Below, one piece after another: positions 9,479 to 19,654 of a stretch of DNA of 52,111 bases. The stretch covers positions 1-52,111 of the forward strand of contig CAZNGY010000008.1 in the NCBI GenBank assembly GCA_964572955.1, given 5' to 3'. The position numbers were made by a program, and so were the translations under genes. The stretch's first letter is position 1; every line of letters starts with the position of its first letter. Below the pieces are notes generated by a model, which was not told where the DNA came from, searched no databases, and worked only from the letters and a program-made list of their open reading frames with translations. Source of the DNA: an uncultured Lachnoclostridium sp. (GTDB lineage: Bacteria > Bacillota > Clostridia > Lachnospirales > Lachnospiraceae).

Positions 9479-11122
9479 TTATTCCGTTTTTCGCAAATTA
9501 TCCCTCAAAGCTGAAATAAACTCTCCGAATACTATCGGCTTCTTCACATAACCGTTCATATTATTTGAATATATGCTCATCTCCGTTTCTTTGGAAACAT
9601 TAGCCGTTATTGCAATTACCGGAATTTCATTTGTATTTCTATTTGCCGCCTTTATCATACGTGAAGTTTCCAAACCGTCCATTCCCGGAAGCATCAGATC
9701 CATAAGGACTAAATCATAATAATCTTTAGGACTTTTTGAAAAAATCCTTACCGCTTCATATCCGTCCGCTGCAACATCTGCCTTTGCTCCTATAAGACTT
9801 ACAAATTCACTTATAACCATTGTATTTGTCTCATTGTCATCAACCACAAGAAATCGTTTATCTTTAAATAAACCATTATCCAGCTCAAGGAGATTCACAT
9901 ATCCGCTCTTTTCAGATTCATTTTCCTCATTCTCATTATCAGCGTAATATCTGAAATCCATGTTGAGGGTTACCCTGGTTCCTACATCAATGCTGCTTTC
10001 CATATAAATTTCACCATTCATTTTATCGAGAATCTTTTCAGCAGCATAAAGACCAAGTCCCTGTCCTTTGATTTCCCTTTTTTCATCCCTTTTTTCCCTT
10101 GTGAACGGTTCAGTGCATTTTTTCAGAAAATCCTCCGACATTCCCATTCCGGTATCTTCAAATATGAATGTATACCTCGCACAGTTTTCTATCGAAGACG
10201 GCATTTCCATCATGCCTATACTTACGCTTCCGCCCTGTCTGTTATAGATTACTGCATTTGATATAATCGCGTAGATTACGGTTTTAAGTCTTGACCTGTC
10301 ACTATATACAATGTGGTGCTTGGTTCTCTCCGATATGTTGAATTTTATTTCCTTTTTTAGAATTTCCGGCTTAAGTTCTTCAATCACCTCTTCTGTAATC
10401 GTATCGAAGCAGCAAAGCTCCTCCTCAAGCTTTTCACCATCACTTTGAAGTCTTGTTATCTCTAAAATACAATCAACCTGTTTCAGGAGTTCATTTCCGG
10501 CACCGATTATTCTCCTAAGATATTTTTCAACCCTGTCCGGCCTGTCAATATTCATAAGTGCCAGGTTTGAATTTCCCAAGACGGTTGCTATCGGTGTTCT
10601 TATTTCATGAGAAATATTCTCCAAAAACCTTGTTCTGGATTCACCTGCTATTCTGTTTTTTTCCACGAGACTGCTTATAATGTTAATCCTTACACTCTCA
10701 TCGGCAATTATATCCTCAATTCTTCTTATCATGAGATAAGCGTGAGTCGGTATTCCGTTACTGACTTTTCCGGAGGTGAATCCGGCAAGACACCATTCTT
10801 CACCTCCTTTTATCTTTTTTCTTTTATATCGGCACTCCGTATGATTGTTTACAATGAGTTCCCTTTTAATATATTCGATTGACATCGCATTGGAGACTCT
10901 TTCAAAATCATCCTGAGAAAGTGTTTCCCCAAGAATATGCTTCATGGTCTTTGTATATGAACCCGGCTCAAAATTTTCGGAATATCGGGGATACAGCATA
11001 ACAAAGGTATCATCTTCAAGATTTATCTCATAAATCTGACTGTAATTAAAAACCGTTGAAAGAAGCGCTGAATTTAACAATTCCTGATCACTGTATCTGT
11101 CTGTAGGCCTATCTGTTTCCAT
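9479..11122 (-). CDS. cytoplasmic hybrid sensor histidine kinase (HisKA-HATPase-REC) with an unassigned ~150-aa N-terminal domain
   Basis: 547 aa. H-box ISHEIRTPIATVLG, G-boxes (DTGMGM, GQGLGL) and a C-terminal receiver (LVVDDNETN...LVLMDLMLPGMDG). No obvious TM segment. The start overlaps the GH3 stop by 14 nt. Confidence 0.8.
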   Translation of the reverse strand: METDRPTDRYSDQELLNSALLSTVFNYSQIYEINLEDDTFVMLYPRYSENFEPGSYTKTMKHILGETLSQDDFERVSNAMSIEYIKRELIVNNHTECRYKRKKIKGGEEWCLAGFTSGKVSNGIPTHAYLMIRRIEDIIADESVRINIISSLVEKNRIAGESRTRFLENISHEIRTPIATVLGNSNLALMNIDRPDRVEKYLRRIIGAGNELLKQVDCILEITRLQSDGEKLEEELCCFDTITEEVIEELKPEILKKEIKFNISERTKHHIVYSDRSRLKTVIYAIISNAVIYNRQGGSVSIGMMEMPSSIENCARYTFIFEDTGMGMSEDFLKKCTEPFTREKRDEKREIKGQGLGLYAAEKILDKMNGEIYMESSIDVGTRVTLNMDFRYYADNENEENESEKSGYVNLLELDNGLFKDKRFLVVDDNETNTMVISEFVSLIGAKADVAADGYEAVRIFSKSPKDYYDLVLMDLMLPGMDGLETSRMIKAANRNTNEIPVIAITANVSKETEMSIYSNNMNGYVKKPIVFGEFISALRDNLRKTE

Positions 11123-13931
11123 CTATAAACTGTCCTTTGCCTGCATATTCAATTTTCATGCTCTTTAATTTCAAACCGTTTCTTGCAACATGAAGACGCA
11201 TGGTACTGAATCTTGAATAAAAATCTACAGTCCTTTCAATACTTCTGTCTTCATCGGCACTTCCTCTGAACGAAAATGTTGCCACCGGTATTCCGGTACT
11301 GAATAAAGTACAAGGTATCTGTGCCACTTCGCTTAAAGCTGATGATCCTGTAAGTGTTATTCTGTACATTCCCGTCTTTTCCATATCAAGTGTAATTATG
11401 TAGTCCGTTCCGGCTTTTGATTCCCTGTCATCAAGACGAATCTCTGCCTCATCAGAAATTTCAACAACAATAACGCTGTCCGACGTAACGCCGCCTTCAT
11501 CTTCTTTCCTATTTATTATCTCAATTTCCGTTCCGTTTCCCATCATACGCCTCATCGCTTCGGTTTCTATTGTAAACCTTAATATATTGCAGGCGCTTCT
11601 CTGAAGCTCACTTCTGTTAACTCTGCCATCTGCCAGTGCTTCCGCAATATTGTCTCCGTCCTTATTCCACGATGAATCCGAACATACCATATAAAGATCA
11701 TTCTGTGAACGGACCATCTGAGCATAATTGGTAATGCACTGTTTTCCGCCTCGCTCATTAATGGCAGCCCACCAGTCAGTCATCACAATTCCTTTATATC
11801 CCCACTGTTTTCTGAGAATTGTTGTATTAAGGTCAAAATTTCCGGCAGTCCAAAGTCCGTTTACCGAACCATATGTTGTCATTATGGACCTTGCATATCC
11901 GCTCTTAACCGCCATTTCAAAGCCTTTAAGATATATTTCTCTCAATGCACGTTCAGAAATTACTGAATCTATAAAGTTTCTTCTGTGCTCCTGGTTATTT
12001 CCGCAGAAATGCTTAATTGTACCTGAAGCACCGGATATATGCAGTCCTTTAAGAATGGCTATCGCAAACTTTCCGGTAAGGTACGGATCTTCCGAAAAAT
12101 ATTCAAAATTTCTTCCGTTAAAAGGATGTCTCTGAATATTGATTCCCGGTCCGAGAAGATTATCAACCCTGTTTGCCGTCATTTCAAGGCCGGTGAACGA
12201 ATAAAGTTCGCTTACAAGCTCAGTATTAAATGTTGATGCTTCCATTGTTCCGTTAGGCATACTGAATGCCTTAACTCCACTGTCAAGTCTCATTCCTGAA
12301 GGTCCGTCATCACAGCATACTGCCGGCACTCCAAGTTCCTGAAGTCTCTTATTCGCACCTGCAAAAGCCGCTGCCGTCCCCGGTGTGACCTTTGAACTTC
12401 CCATACCCTCACCTCTTATTATGCAGCAAAGGTCATCATCATTAAGCTGTGCGACAAATTCTTCAATTGATAAATTTCCTTCTACAACATCTTTTAACTT
12501 ATATGTTGTATCCGTCTGCTGTATCTCCGCAGGCATATATTTTACTCTTCTCTCATTTTCCGAAGGTTCTGCCCAAGGTACAGGCTCAACTCCGCATACG
12601 TTCTCTCCCCTGTCATTTTTTTCAAGCTTTATTCTTTCAAACGGACGAACCGGCGCAAGTGCGCTCTCAAACTTTTCTACAACAATAGTATCCTCTATTT
12701 GAAGGGTTTCACATAAACTTACATTTCTTATGCTGTCACCCGCATAGAAACTTATTTCTCCTTTTTCCAATATGCTGCAATACTGATAACCGCTTATTCC
12801 GCTATCATCATATGAAGCAAGCTGATATGGATCAACGTCTATTATCACTGTCTGCGTCTCTCCCGGATTCAATTCCTTAGTTTTTGCAAAACCGCAAAGT
12901 ACCATTTCCGGTTTTCCCAGTCTGCCTCCTGATGCGGATGCATATATCTGAACTACCTGCTTACCTTTTGCTTTTCCCGTATTTGTAACCCTTACACTTA
13001 TTCTGACCAATGCATTCTGCACATTTTTACCGTTTATACCGCAAAACTCTTTTCCCTCACCGTCAATTACCATCAATGCTTCCGGTTTTGTCTCAAATTC
13101 AGTATATGAAAGTCCGTAACCGAAAGGATATCTTACTTTATCCTTTGCGAATGTCTCAAAATATCTGTATCCGACATAAATATCCTCTGAATAAAAGTCA
13201 ACGTCATCGTTTCCAAAATTTTTATCTGCAGGATTGTCCGATACACTATACGAAATCGTTGTCGTCAAATGACCGCTCGGAGAAACTTTTCCGGTAAGAA
13301 CATCAGCCGTTCCGTCTCCTCCCGTCATGCCTCCCTGCCATACATACATAACGGCATCCGGCTTATACTTATCCTCAAATCCCATGTCTATAATTCCGCC
13401 GACATTAAGAAGTACAACCATGTTCTCAAAGTTTTTTCTTACCTTTTCAAGGAGTGATTCCTCAATTTCGGTCAATCTGTATGATCCGGGTTCATCTGCC
13501 ACGTCTCTGTCCTCACCGGCTGTTCTTCCGATGATACAAAGAGCAACATCCGATACCTCTGATGCTCTTTTAACATCCGTCTCGGAGATATCCATTTCAT
13601 CCTGACTCCAAGGCTCATTTCCCCAACCAATTCCTTCATTAATCGGATGGGTTTCTTCCCATTTTTTATATATATCTGACAATTCCTCATTAATCTTTAC
13701 GTGTCCGCTTTTTCTCAAACCTTCAGGAATATCCGTCACCTTACTTACGTTAACCATTCCTCCCGAACCTGTTCCGCTTTTATAATAGTAATTCTGTATT
13801 CTTCCAAAAATTGAAATTTTCTGTTCCTTTTTAAACGGAAGCACTCCGTTGTTTTTTAAAAGTACACATCCCTCTGCTACCGTCTGTCTTGCAGTATCCT
13901 CATATTTTTTCCAGTCAAGTATCTTCTTCAT
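11109..13931 (-). CDS. glycoside hydrolase family 3 beta-glucosidase-like enzyme with permuted domain order
   Basis: 940 aa. The GH3 C-terminal-type domain sits at the N-terminus (GCVLLKNNGVLPF...KISIFG) and the catalytic-nucleophile region KGIVMTDWWA later. AAGGAGAAG RBS upstream of the start. Confidence 0.85.
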   Translation of the reverse strand: MKKILDWKKYEDTARQTVAEGCVLLKNNGVLPFKKEQKISIFGRIQNYYYKSGTGSGGMVNVSKVTDIPEGLRKSGHVKINEELSDIYKKWEETHPINEGIGWGNEPWSQDEMDISETDVKRASEVSDVALCIIGRTAGEDRDVADEPGSYRLTEIEESLLEKVRKNFENMVVLLNVGGIIDMGFEDKYKPDAVMYVWQGGMTGGDGTADVLTGKVSPSGHLTTTISYSVSDNPADKNFGNDDVDFYSEDIYVGYRYFETFAKDKVRYPFGYGLSYTEFETKPEALMVIDGEGKEFCGINGKNVQNALVRISVRVTNTGKAKGKQVVQIYASASGGRLGKPEMVLCGFAKTKELNPGETQTVIIDVDPYQLASYDDSGISGYQYCSILEKGEISFYAGDSIRNVSLCETLQIEDTIVVEKFESALAPVRPFERIKLEKNDRGENVCGVEPVPWAEPSENERRVKYMPAEIQQTDTTYKLKDVVEGNLSIEEFVAQLNDDDLCCIIRGEGMGSSKVTPGTAAAFAGANKRLQELGVPAVCCDDGPSGMRLDSGVKAFSMPNGTMEASTFNTELVSELYSFTGLEMTANRVDNLLGPGINIQRHPFNGRNFEYFSEDPYLTGKFAIAILKGLHISGASGTIKHFCGNNQEHRRNFIDSVISERALREIYLKGFEMAVKSGYARSIMTTYGSVNGLWTAGNFDLNTTILRKQWGYKGIVMTDWWAAINERGGKQCITNYAQMVRSQNDLYMVCSDSSWNKDGDNIAEALADGRVNRSELQRSACNILRFTIETEAMRRMMGNGTEIEIINRKEDEGGVTSDSVIVVEISDEAEIRLDDRESKAGTDYIITLDMEKTGMYRITLTGSSALSEVAQIPCTLFSTGIPVATFSFRGSADEDRSIERTVDFYSRFSTMRLHVARNGLKLKSMKIEYAGKGQFIDGNR

Positions 13932-13944
13932 GTTCTTCTCCTTA

Positions 13945-14469
13945 CTAATTCATTATCTTATCAACGATACCGCAAAGTACCTTTACGGTATCACTCTGGT
14001 TGTACTGTTTATTAAGCAGATAAGCATAATAGCTGCCGTAAATCATGTATGAAAGCTCTACGTTTTTCTGCATATCATCCCTGTATTCAGGCTTTATGCC
14101 AAACAAAAGCTTCTTTATGGATTCATCTATTTTTTCAGGCAGCATACTGCTCCTGCTTCCCGAAAACAATATACCTATCATATGTTTCTTTGCATCATAT
14201 GCTAAAAACAGATTAGCCGTAAACTCTGCAGGATTTTCAAACACATTTTCAGGATTTTCTATAGTATCAATTATCCCTTCAATCACTTCCGTTTCCAGTT
14301 TCGATGATAAATCGTATATATCCCTGTAATGTACATAAAAGGTTGACTTGTTTATGTCTGCCGTTCTGCATATTTCTGTAACGGTGATTTTTTCAAGTTC
14401 CTTGTGCTGCCTTATACTTATAAAGGCATTTATTATACTTTGGCGGCTTCGCCAAACCCTTTTATCCAT
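13945..14469 (-). CDS. TetR/AcrR-family transcriptional regulator
   Basis: 174 aa. N-terminal HTH (RQSIINAFISI...ITVTEICRTADINKSTFYVHYRD). Strong RBS GGAGAAGGAGG. The stop lies 13 nt before the GH3 start. Confidence 0.65.
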   Translation of the reverse strand: MDKRVWRSRQSIINAFISIRQHKELEKITVTEICRTADINKSTFYVHYRDIYDLSSKLETEVIEGIIDTIENPENVFENPAEFTANLFLAYDAKKHMIGILFSGSRSSMLPEKIDESIKKLLFGIKPEYRDDMQKNVELSYMIYGSYYAYLLNKQYNQSDTVKVLCGIVDKIMN

Positions 14470-14713
14470 ATACCTCCTTCTCCATTTCCGACTCTTTTTT
14501 ATATTAGTTGTTTATCAGACCATATTCTTTTTTAGTTGTTTAACCAACTATATTCGTATTTTGACGGCTGACTTTTCGTCCTATATCAGATAGTATAATT
14601 TGTAATCAGACAGGTGTCTACAAAAAATATTTGTCATTTTTCGACAATTCTTTGTCAAATGTCGAATTACGATCTTATATGAATGATTTTTTTACATCAG
14701 ATTGGGGGTCAAA

Positions 14714-16489
14714 ATGGATTTTTACAATTTTTACACCGGAAAAGAATTTGAAGCATATGAATTTCTCGGAGCTCATACATATTGGGGTGGAACAACCTTC
14801 CGTACTTTTGCTCCGGCCGCTGCCGGAATTTCCGTAATATGTTCCTTTAATAATTGGAATGAAGTACCAATGAACCGTATTCATGACGGTAATTTTTGGG
14901 AAGTAAGCATCAACGGAACCATGTCCGGAGATATGTACAAATACCGCATTTACAAACATGATGGTTCATATACCGACCATGCAGACCCATACGGTTTCTT
15001 CTCTGAACTCCGTCCCGGTTCTGCATCAATAATATATGACATTAAGGCATATGAATTTAATGACAGAAAGTGGATGAAAAAAAGAGCCGGTCTTCCCGAT
15101 GGTCCTCTGAACATCTATGAAATACACTTTGGCTCATGGCAGAAAAAAAATGATTCTGATACAAACGGTTTTTACAATTACACTGAACTGGCTGACAGAA
15201 TCATTCCTTATCTTAAAGAGAAAGGATACAATGCACTCGAAATTATGCCGTTAAACGAATATCCTTGTGATGAATCCTGGGGTTATCAGTCTACCGGATA
15301 CTTTTCTCCTACTTCAAGATACGGAAATCCGGACATGCTGAGAGAGTTTATTAACAAATGTCATAACAACGATATTGCTGTAATCCTTGACTTTATTCCT
15401 GTACACTTTGCAATAGATGATTTCGGATTAAGAAACTATGACGGCACAGCACTTTACGAATTTCCTAACAGTTCCGTCGGTTATAATGAATGGGGAAGCT
15501 GTAATTTCATGCATTCTCGCGGCGAAACCTGTAGTTTTCTGCAGTCATCCGCCAATTTCTGGTTCAGCGAATATCACTTTGACGGATTAAGAATGGATGC
15601 CGTAAGTAACCTTATTTACTGGCAGGGAGATTCATCAAGAGGTGAAAACAAATCTGCAATAAAGTTTCTTCAGACAATGAACAAAGGACTTAAAGACAGA
15701 CATCCTGACTGTCTGTTATTTGCAGAAGACTCTTCTTCATGGCACGGCGTTACACATCCTGTTGAAAACGGAGGTCTCGGCTTTGATTTCAAATGGGATT
15801 TAGGCTGGATGCATGATACTCTTGATTATTTTGCTACCGGACCTGATTACAGAAGCAACTGTTATCACAAGCTTACTTTTTCCATGATGTATTACTACAA
15901 TGAAAAATATATTCTTCCGCTTTCACATGATGAGGTTGTTCACGGAAAAGCAACCATTTTGCAGAAGATGAGTGATTTGTACGAGGGAAAATTCAGACAA
16001 GCAAAAGCTTTTTACATGTTTATGTATGCACATCCCGGAAAGAAACTTAATTTTATGGGAAATGAAATAGGTCAGCTCCGTGAGTGGGATGAAAAAAGGG
16101 AGCAGGATTGGGATATATTAAAATATCCGATTCATGACGAATTCAGCCGTTTTATGGCGAATTTAAACAATCTTTATCTGGCACATCCTGCACTCTCTGC
16201 ATGGGATTACCGTCAGGACGGATTTAACTGGATCGACTGCAATCTGGTTTCCCAGAACATCTACTCTTTTATAAGAAATTCAGATAATGAATCCATTCTC
16301 GCCATTTTCAACTTTTCCTGCTATACAAAGGAATATGATTGCGGTATCGGAGATTGCAGTCTCAAACTTCTTTTTTCAAATGACGATGACTTTTCATCAG
16401 TCGAGGTAAACCAAAACCGCACTTCCGATGGCTCTTCTTCATTCATACTTCCGCCGTTCTTTGCGGCATTCTATCTTATTGAGCGCTGA
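14714..16489 (+). CDS. glgB: 1,4-alpha-glucan branching enzyme (GH13, short form)
   Basis: The GH13 catalytic region includes HFDGLRMDAVSNLIYW and a C-terminal all-beta domain. GGGGG RBS 6 nt upstream of the ATG at 14714; the ORF track begins at an upstream TTG at 14702. Confidence 0.9.
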   Translation: MDFYNFYTGKEFEAYEFLGAHTYWGGTTFRTFAPAAAGISVICSFNNWNEVPMNRIHDGNFWEVSINGTMSGDMYKYRIYKHDGSYTDHADPYGFFSELRPGSASIIYDIKAYEFNDRKWMKKRAGLPDGPLNIYEIHFGSWQKKNDSDTNGFYNYTELADRIIPYLKEKGYNALEIMPLNEYPCDESWGYQSTGYFSPTSRYGNPDMLREFINKCHNNDIAVILDFIPVHFAIDDFGLRNYDGTALYEFPNSSVGYNEWGSCNFMHSRGETCSFLQSSANFWFSEYHFDGLRMDAVSNLIYWQGDSSRGENKSAIKFLQTMNKGLKDRHPDCLLFAEDSSSWHGVTHPVENGGLGFDFKWDLGWMHDTLDYFATGPDYRSNCYHKLTFSMMYYYNEKYILPLSHDEVVHGKATILQKMSDLYEGKFRQAKAFYMFMYAHPGKKLNFMGNEIGQLREWDEKREQDWDILKYPIHDEFSRFMANLNNLYLAHPALSAWDYRQDGFNWIDCNLVSQNIYSFIRNSDNESILAIFNFSCYTKEYDCGIGDCSLKLLFSNDDDFSSVEVNQNRTSDGSSSFILPPFFAAFYLIER

Positions 16490-16547
16490 GAAATAAAAAG
16501 CGCTGAAATTTTTGCCCTGCTAATGTTCATCTCTTTCGTAAAATAAA

Positions 16548-16630
16548 ATAAGGTGTAATCTTTATTCTGATATGTATCCATCAGACAATTCTGTCATGAT
16601 ACATTTTCATTAAAAAGATTACACCTTTTA
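16548..16630. terminator. long-loop inverted repeat, likely a bidirectional terminator between convergent glgB and proA
   Basis: AAGGTGTAATCTTT...(about 52-nt loop with internal GACA-ATTC-TGTC)...AAAGATTACACCTT, with T-rich tracts on both sides. Confidence 0.55.
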
Positions 16631-16637
16631 TTTTGTT

Positions 16638-17924
16638 TTAATCCGTAATCACATCCTCAAAATGAAACTCTCTGACCCCTGATGCGTAATCACCTACAAT
16701 ATTTCCATTTCCAAACAACTTATATTTGTATGTTACAAGCCCTTCAAGTCCGACCGGTCCCCTTGCATGAATCTTTCCGGTACTTATACCTACTTCTGCA
16801 CCGAAACCATACCTGAATCCGTCTGCAAATCTGGTTGAACAATTGTGATATACTCCTGCTGAATCCGTCATCTGCATAAAGTAAGCAACATGTTCCATAT
16901 TCTCTGATATTATGGCATCCGTATGATGTGAACCGAATGTATTAATATGTACACACGCTTCCTTCACGTCCTCAACCAATTTTACCGACATACATAAATC
17001 CAGATACTCTGTAGCAAAATCATCTTCATTCATTTCTTCACATCCGATAATTTCTGCAGCTTCCTTATCTCCTCTTACCTTAACTCCCGCACTCTTTAAT
17101 ACCTCATTAAGTTTTGGCAGAAACTCACTTGCAATGTTTCGGTTTACCAGAAGTGTTTCAACCGCGTTACATGCCGCAGGGTATTGAGTTTTGGAATCAA
17201 CAATAATTTTAACCGCTTTATCCATATCACATCCGTCATCTGCATAAATATGACAGATACCGTCTGCATGCCCCATCACCGGAATCTTTGTATTATCCAT
17301 TATATAACTTACAAATTTATTTGAGCCTCTGGGAATAAGCAAATCCACATATTTATCACATGCAAGAAGTTCATCAATTTCATTATGCTGTTCTGCCTGG
17401 AACATACATCCTTTAGGAAGACCTGCATCTGCAGCCGCTTTATATATGATATTAAAGATTGCCCTGTTGGTTGCTGCTGTTTCCTTACCGCCCTTTAGGA
17501 TTGCACAATTACCGCTTTTAAGGCAAAGTGACGAAATCTGAATCATTGCATCCGGCCTTGCCTCAAAAATAATACCGATTACACCTATCGGACAGCTTAC
17601 CCTGATAAGTTCCAAATCTCCATCAAGCTTTCTGTCTAATAAAACCCTCCCTACAGGGTCCGGAAGGCTTATCAGCTGATGAATTCCTTTTATGCAGTCT
17701 CTCAGTTTATCCTCTCCGAATTTCAAACGTTTCATCACCGATGATGCAATTCCGTTTTTTTCGGCATTTTCCATATCAATTGCATTGGCGGCAAAAATCT
17801 CATCTTTATCCTCAGAAAGCGCCTCTGCAATTTTCTTAAGAGCCTCGTTCTTCTGACTGTTGCTGAGTGCTGACATTACTGCTGCATCCAGTTTCATTTC
17901 CATTGCCTTTGTCTTTATGTCCAT
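16638..17924 (-). CDS. proA: glutamate-5-semialdehyde dehydrogenase (gamma-glutamyl phosphate reductase)
   Basis: 428 aa aldehyde dehydrogenase-fold protein with a ProA-type N-terminus and a catalytic Cys region. No proB lies adjacent. Confidence 0.9.
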   Translation of the reverse strand: MDIKTKAMEMKLDAAVMSALSNSQKNEALKKIAEALSEDKDEIFAANAIDMENAEKNGIASSVMKRLKFGEDKLRDCIKGIHQLISLPDPVGRVLLDRKLDGDLELIRVSCPIGVIGIIFEARPDAMIQISSLCLKSGNCAILKGGKETAATNRAIFNIIYKAAADAGLPKGCMFQAEQHNEIDELLACDKYVDLLIPRGSNKFVSYIMDNTKIPVMGHADGICHIYADDGCDMDKAVKIIVDSKTQYPAACNAVETLLVNRNIASEFLPKLNEVLKSAGVKVRGDKEAAEIIGCEEMNEDDFATEYLDLCMSVKLVEDVKEACVHINTFGSHHTDAIISENMEHVAYFMQMTDSAGVYHNCSTRFADGFRYGFGAEVGISTGKIHARGPVGLEGLVTYKYKLFGNGNIVGDYASGVREFHFEDVITD

Positions 17925-18039
17925 ATTTTCCTCCCCTATTATGATTTTCCTATATTTTATTCATACTGTCTCTAACGCCTGCTTAACGTGAAATCCAAAC
18001 GATTTTCCCTTTGATTACCAGGTTCAAATTCTGTCCGGT

Positions 18040-18681
18040 CTAAATTTTAACCGCTCTTACCGCATATCGGTCACTTCCTCCGTATGTACATGTAAACAAA
18101 GTAATGTCCCATTCCTCTGAACCTGAAAGCATTTTTTCCGTATCATACGCACTGATTGTATCGATCTGGATAACTCTGTAAGAATATGCCGTTCCTTCTG
18201 CATCAACAAAAATGATTATATCATCTGTATCAAGCGACTTTATTCCGCTGAAAAATGCCTTTAAATTATGGGCACATATAATAAGGTCATCATTTCCCTT
18301 ACTTCCGCTGTACCTGCACGCAGCGCTTTTCATTTTCTTCATATCCCAATCTGATGTAACCGGAAGGGTTATGTCAATTGCCGGAATGTTTATAACTCCT
18401 ATATATTCAACATCCTGTATAACAAATGTCTTTTCAACATATTCTTCCGGCAAAAGAGTATCCGAAGGGACAGCTGTCGACGGATTTTCTTTATTTCCTT
18501 CAAGTATCTCATTTATTGCTGCTTCATAATCTACATAGTCCGCTACTTCGTTCAAAACTCCTTCTGCAGCTTTTTCACACCTGTAATTATCAACTTCATT
18601 ATATAAAACAAGGGCTGATGCAAGAAATATCAGCACCGCCCCTGCCACAATAAATCCGTTTCCCGTGGATTTACTTTTCAA
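18040..18681 (-). CDS. sortase (second sortase of the pilus island, probably the anchoring / housekeeping-type enzyme)
   Basis: 213 aa. N-terminal TM anchor, catalytic His (ICAHN), TLFTC cysteine motif and C-terminal Arg (RYAVRAV). Overlaps the upstream pilin stop by 11 nt. Confidence 0.8.
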   Translation of the reverse strand: MKSKSTGNGFIVAGAVLIFLASALVLYNEVDNYRCEKAAEGVLNEVADYVDYEAAINEILEGNKENPSTAVPSDTLLPEEYVEKTFVIQDVEYIGVINIPAIDITLPVTSDWDMKKMKSAACRYSGSKGNDDLIICAHNLKAFFSGIKSLDTDDIIIFVDAEGTAYSYRVIQIDTISAYDTEKMLSGSEEWDITLFTCTYGGSDRYAVRAVKI

Positions 18682-19654
18682 TACTGTTTCTCCGTTCTGT
18701 TTTCTTTATCAGAAGGCCTGCTGCCACAAATATTATTCCGGCTGCCAAAAGAACCGGCACAGGCCACCAGAGCTGTCCTGTCTGAGGCAGTTTATCTGCC
18801 GGCGGCGTGATTTCCGTTCCCGGCTCATCACCACCCGATGAGGAACTTCCAAAGTATACATTCTGCACCCGGAATACATTTTCCTCATCAGCATATAAAA
18901 CCTTATATCCGTCAACCGCTGTAACTTCCTTGCAGCTCCACTCTTTCGTTGAATCACCTGTCCATGAATACTGCCAGTTGTTTTCTTCATTTAAAAGCAC
19001 ACTTGCAAAAAACTTACCGTCGCAAAAAATTTCAACATCAACAAAACTGCTCCTGTTTATTTCAAGCCCTTCATCTTTTAACCACAGCTTTTTAACCGAA
19101 TATTCAGCCATAACAGGATTTTCAGGAAGCTTATCCTCGCTTATTTTTGCCAATGCACTTAAATCTGCCGTGTTATTATCTGCATCCCACACTGCTGCTT
19201 CAAAAATTACCGGTGACATCTCATATACATAACCCAGATACTCATATTTATCTCCGTAAATGATATATATTCCGTCAGGGATATTTTCAAATACAGCCGT
19301 TCCGTCTGCTCCGCTTATCGCAGACGCCGATGGTTCCGCATTATCCGATTTAATCACATTTAAAAGAGATTCTGCAATTTCTGAAAGTTCCGACGACTTC
19401 ATGTCAACTTCCGGAACAATGCAGTTTTTAAACTCCTCATTATATTCGTAACTACCATCCGGCATTCTCCTTCCGACATAATACATGTCTATTTCCATGC
19501 CCTCTATTGTTTTAGTACCATCAACATTTTTGCAAATAACGCTTATGTCTCCAGTATCTTTTGTATTATTTTCACTTTCGGCAAATGCATATCCTGCCGC
19601 CAACACGACCATACATGTAAGTATGATCACTTTAGCAATCTTTTTTATTTTCAT
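18671..19654 (-). CDS. LPXTG-anchored minor/basal pilin candidate
   Basis: Signal peptide MKIKKIAKVIILTCMVVLAAGYAFA. C-terminal sorting signal LPQTG + hydrophobic stretch + KKTERR. GGAGGA RBS before the ATG at 19654; the ORF track extends 5 codons further to 19669. Confidence 0.6.
   Translation of the reverse strand: MKIKKIAKVIILTCMVVLAAGYAFAESENNTKDTGDISVICKNVDGTKTIEGMEIDMYYVGRRMPDGSYEYNEEFKNCIVPEVDMKSSELSEIAESLLNVIKSDNAEPSASAISGADGTAVFENIPDGIYIIYGDKYEYLGYVYEMSPVIFEAAVWDADNNTADLSALAKISEDKLPENPVMAEYSVKKLWLKDEGLEINRSSFVDVEIFCDGKFFASVLLNEENNWQYSWTGDSTKEWSCKEVTAVDGYKVLYADEENVFRVQNVYFGSSSSGGDEPGTEITPPADKLPQTGQLWWPVPVLLAAGIIFVAAGLLIKKTERRNSIEK

Noticed and set aside
12039-13690. Multiple small ORFs antisense or out-of-frame within the GH3 gene.
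   Set aside because: The GH3 reading frame is continuous and motif-rich. The small ORFs are typical by-products of AT-rich sequence.
14702-16489. glgB without glgC/glgA/glgP neighbours, considered as an anomaly.
   Set aside because: Glycogen genes are frequently dispersed in Clostridia. The coding sequence is intact and the flanks are ordinary.
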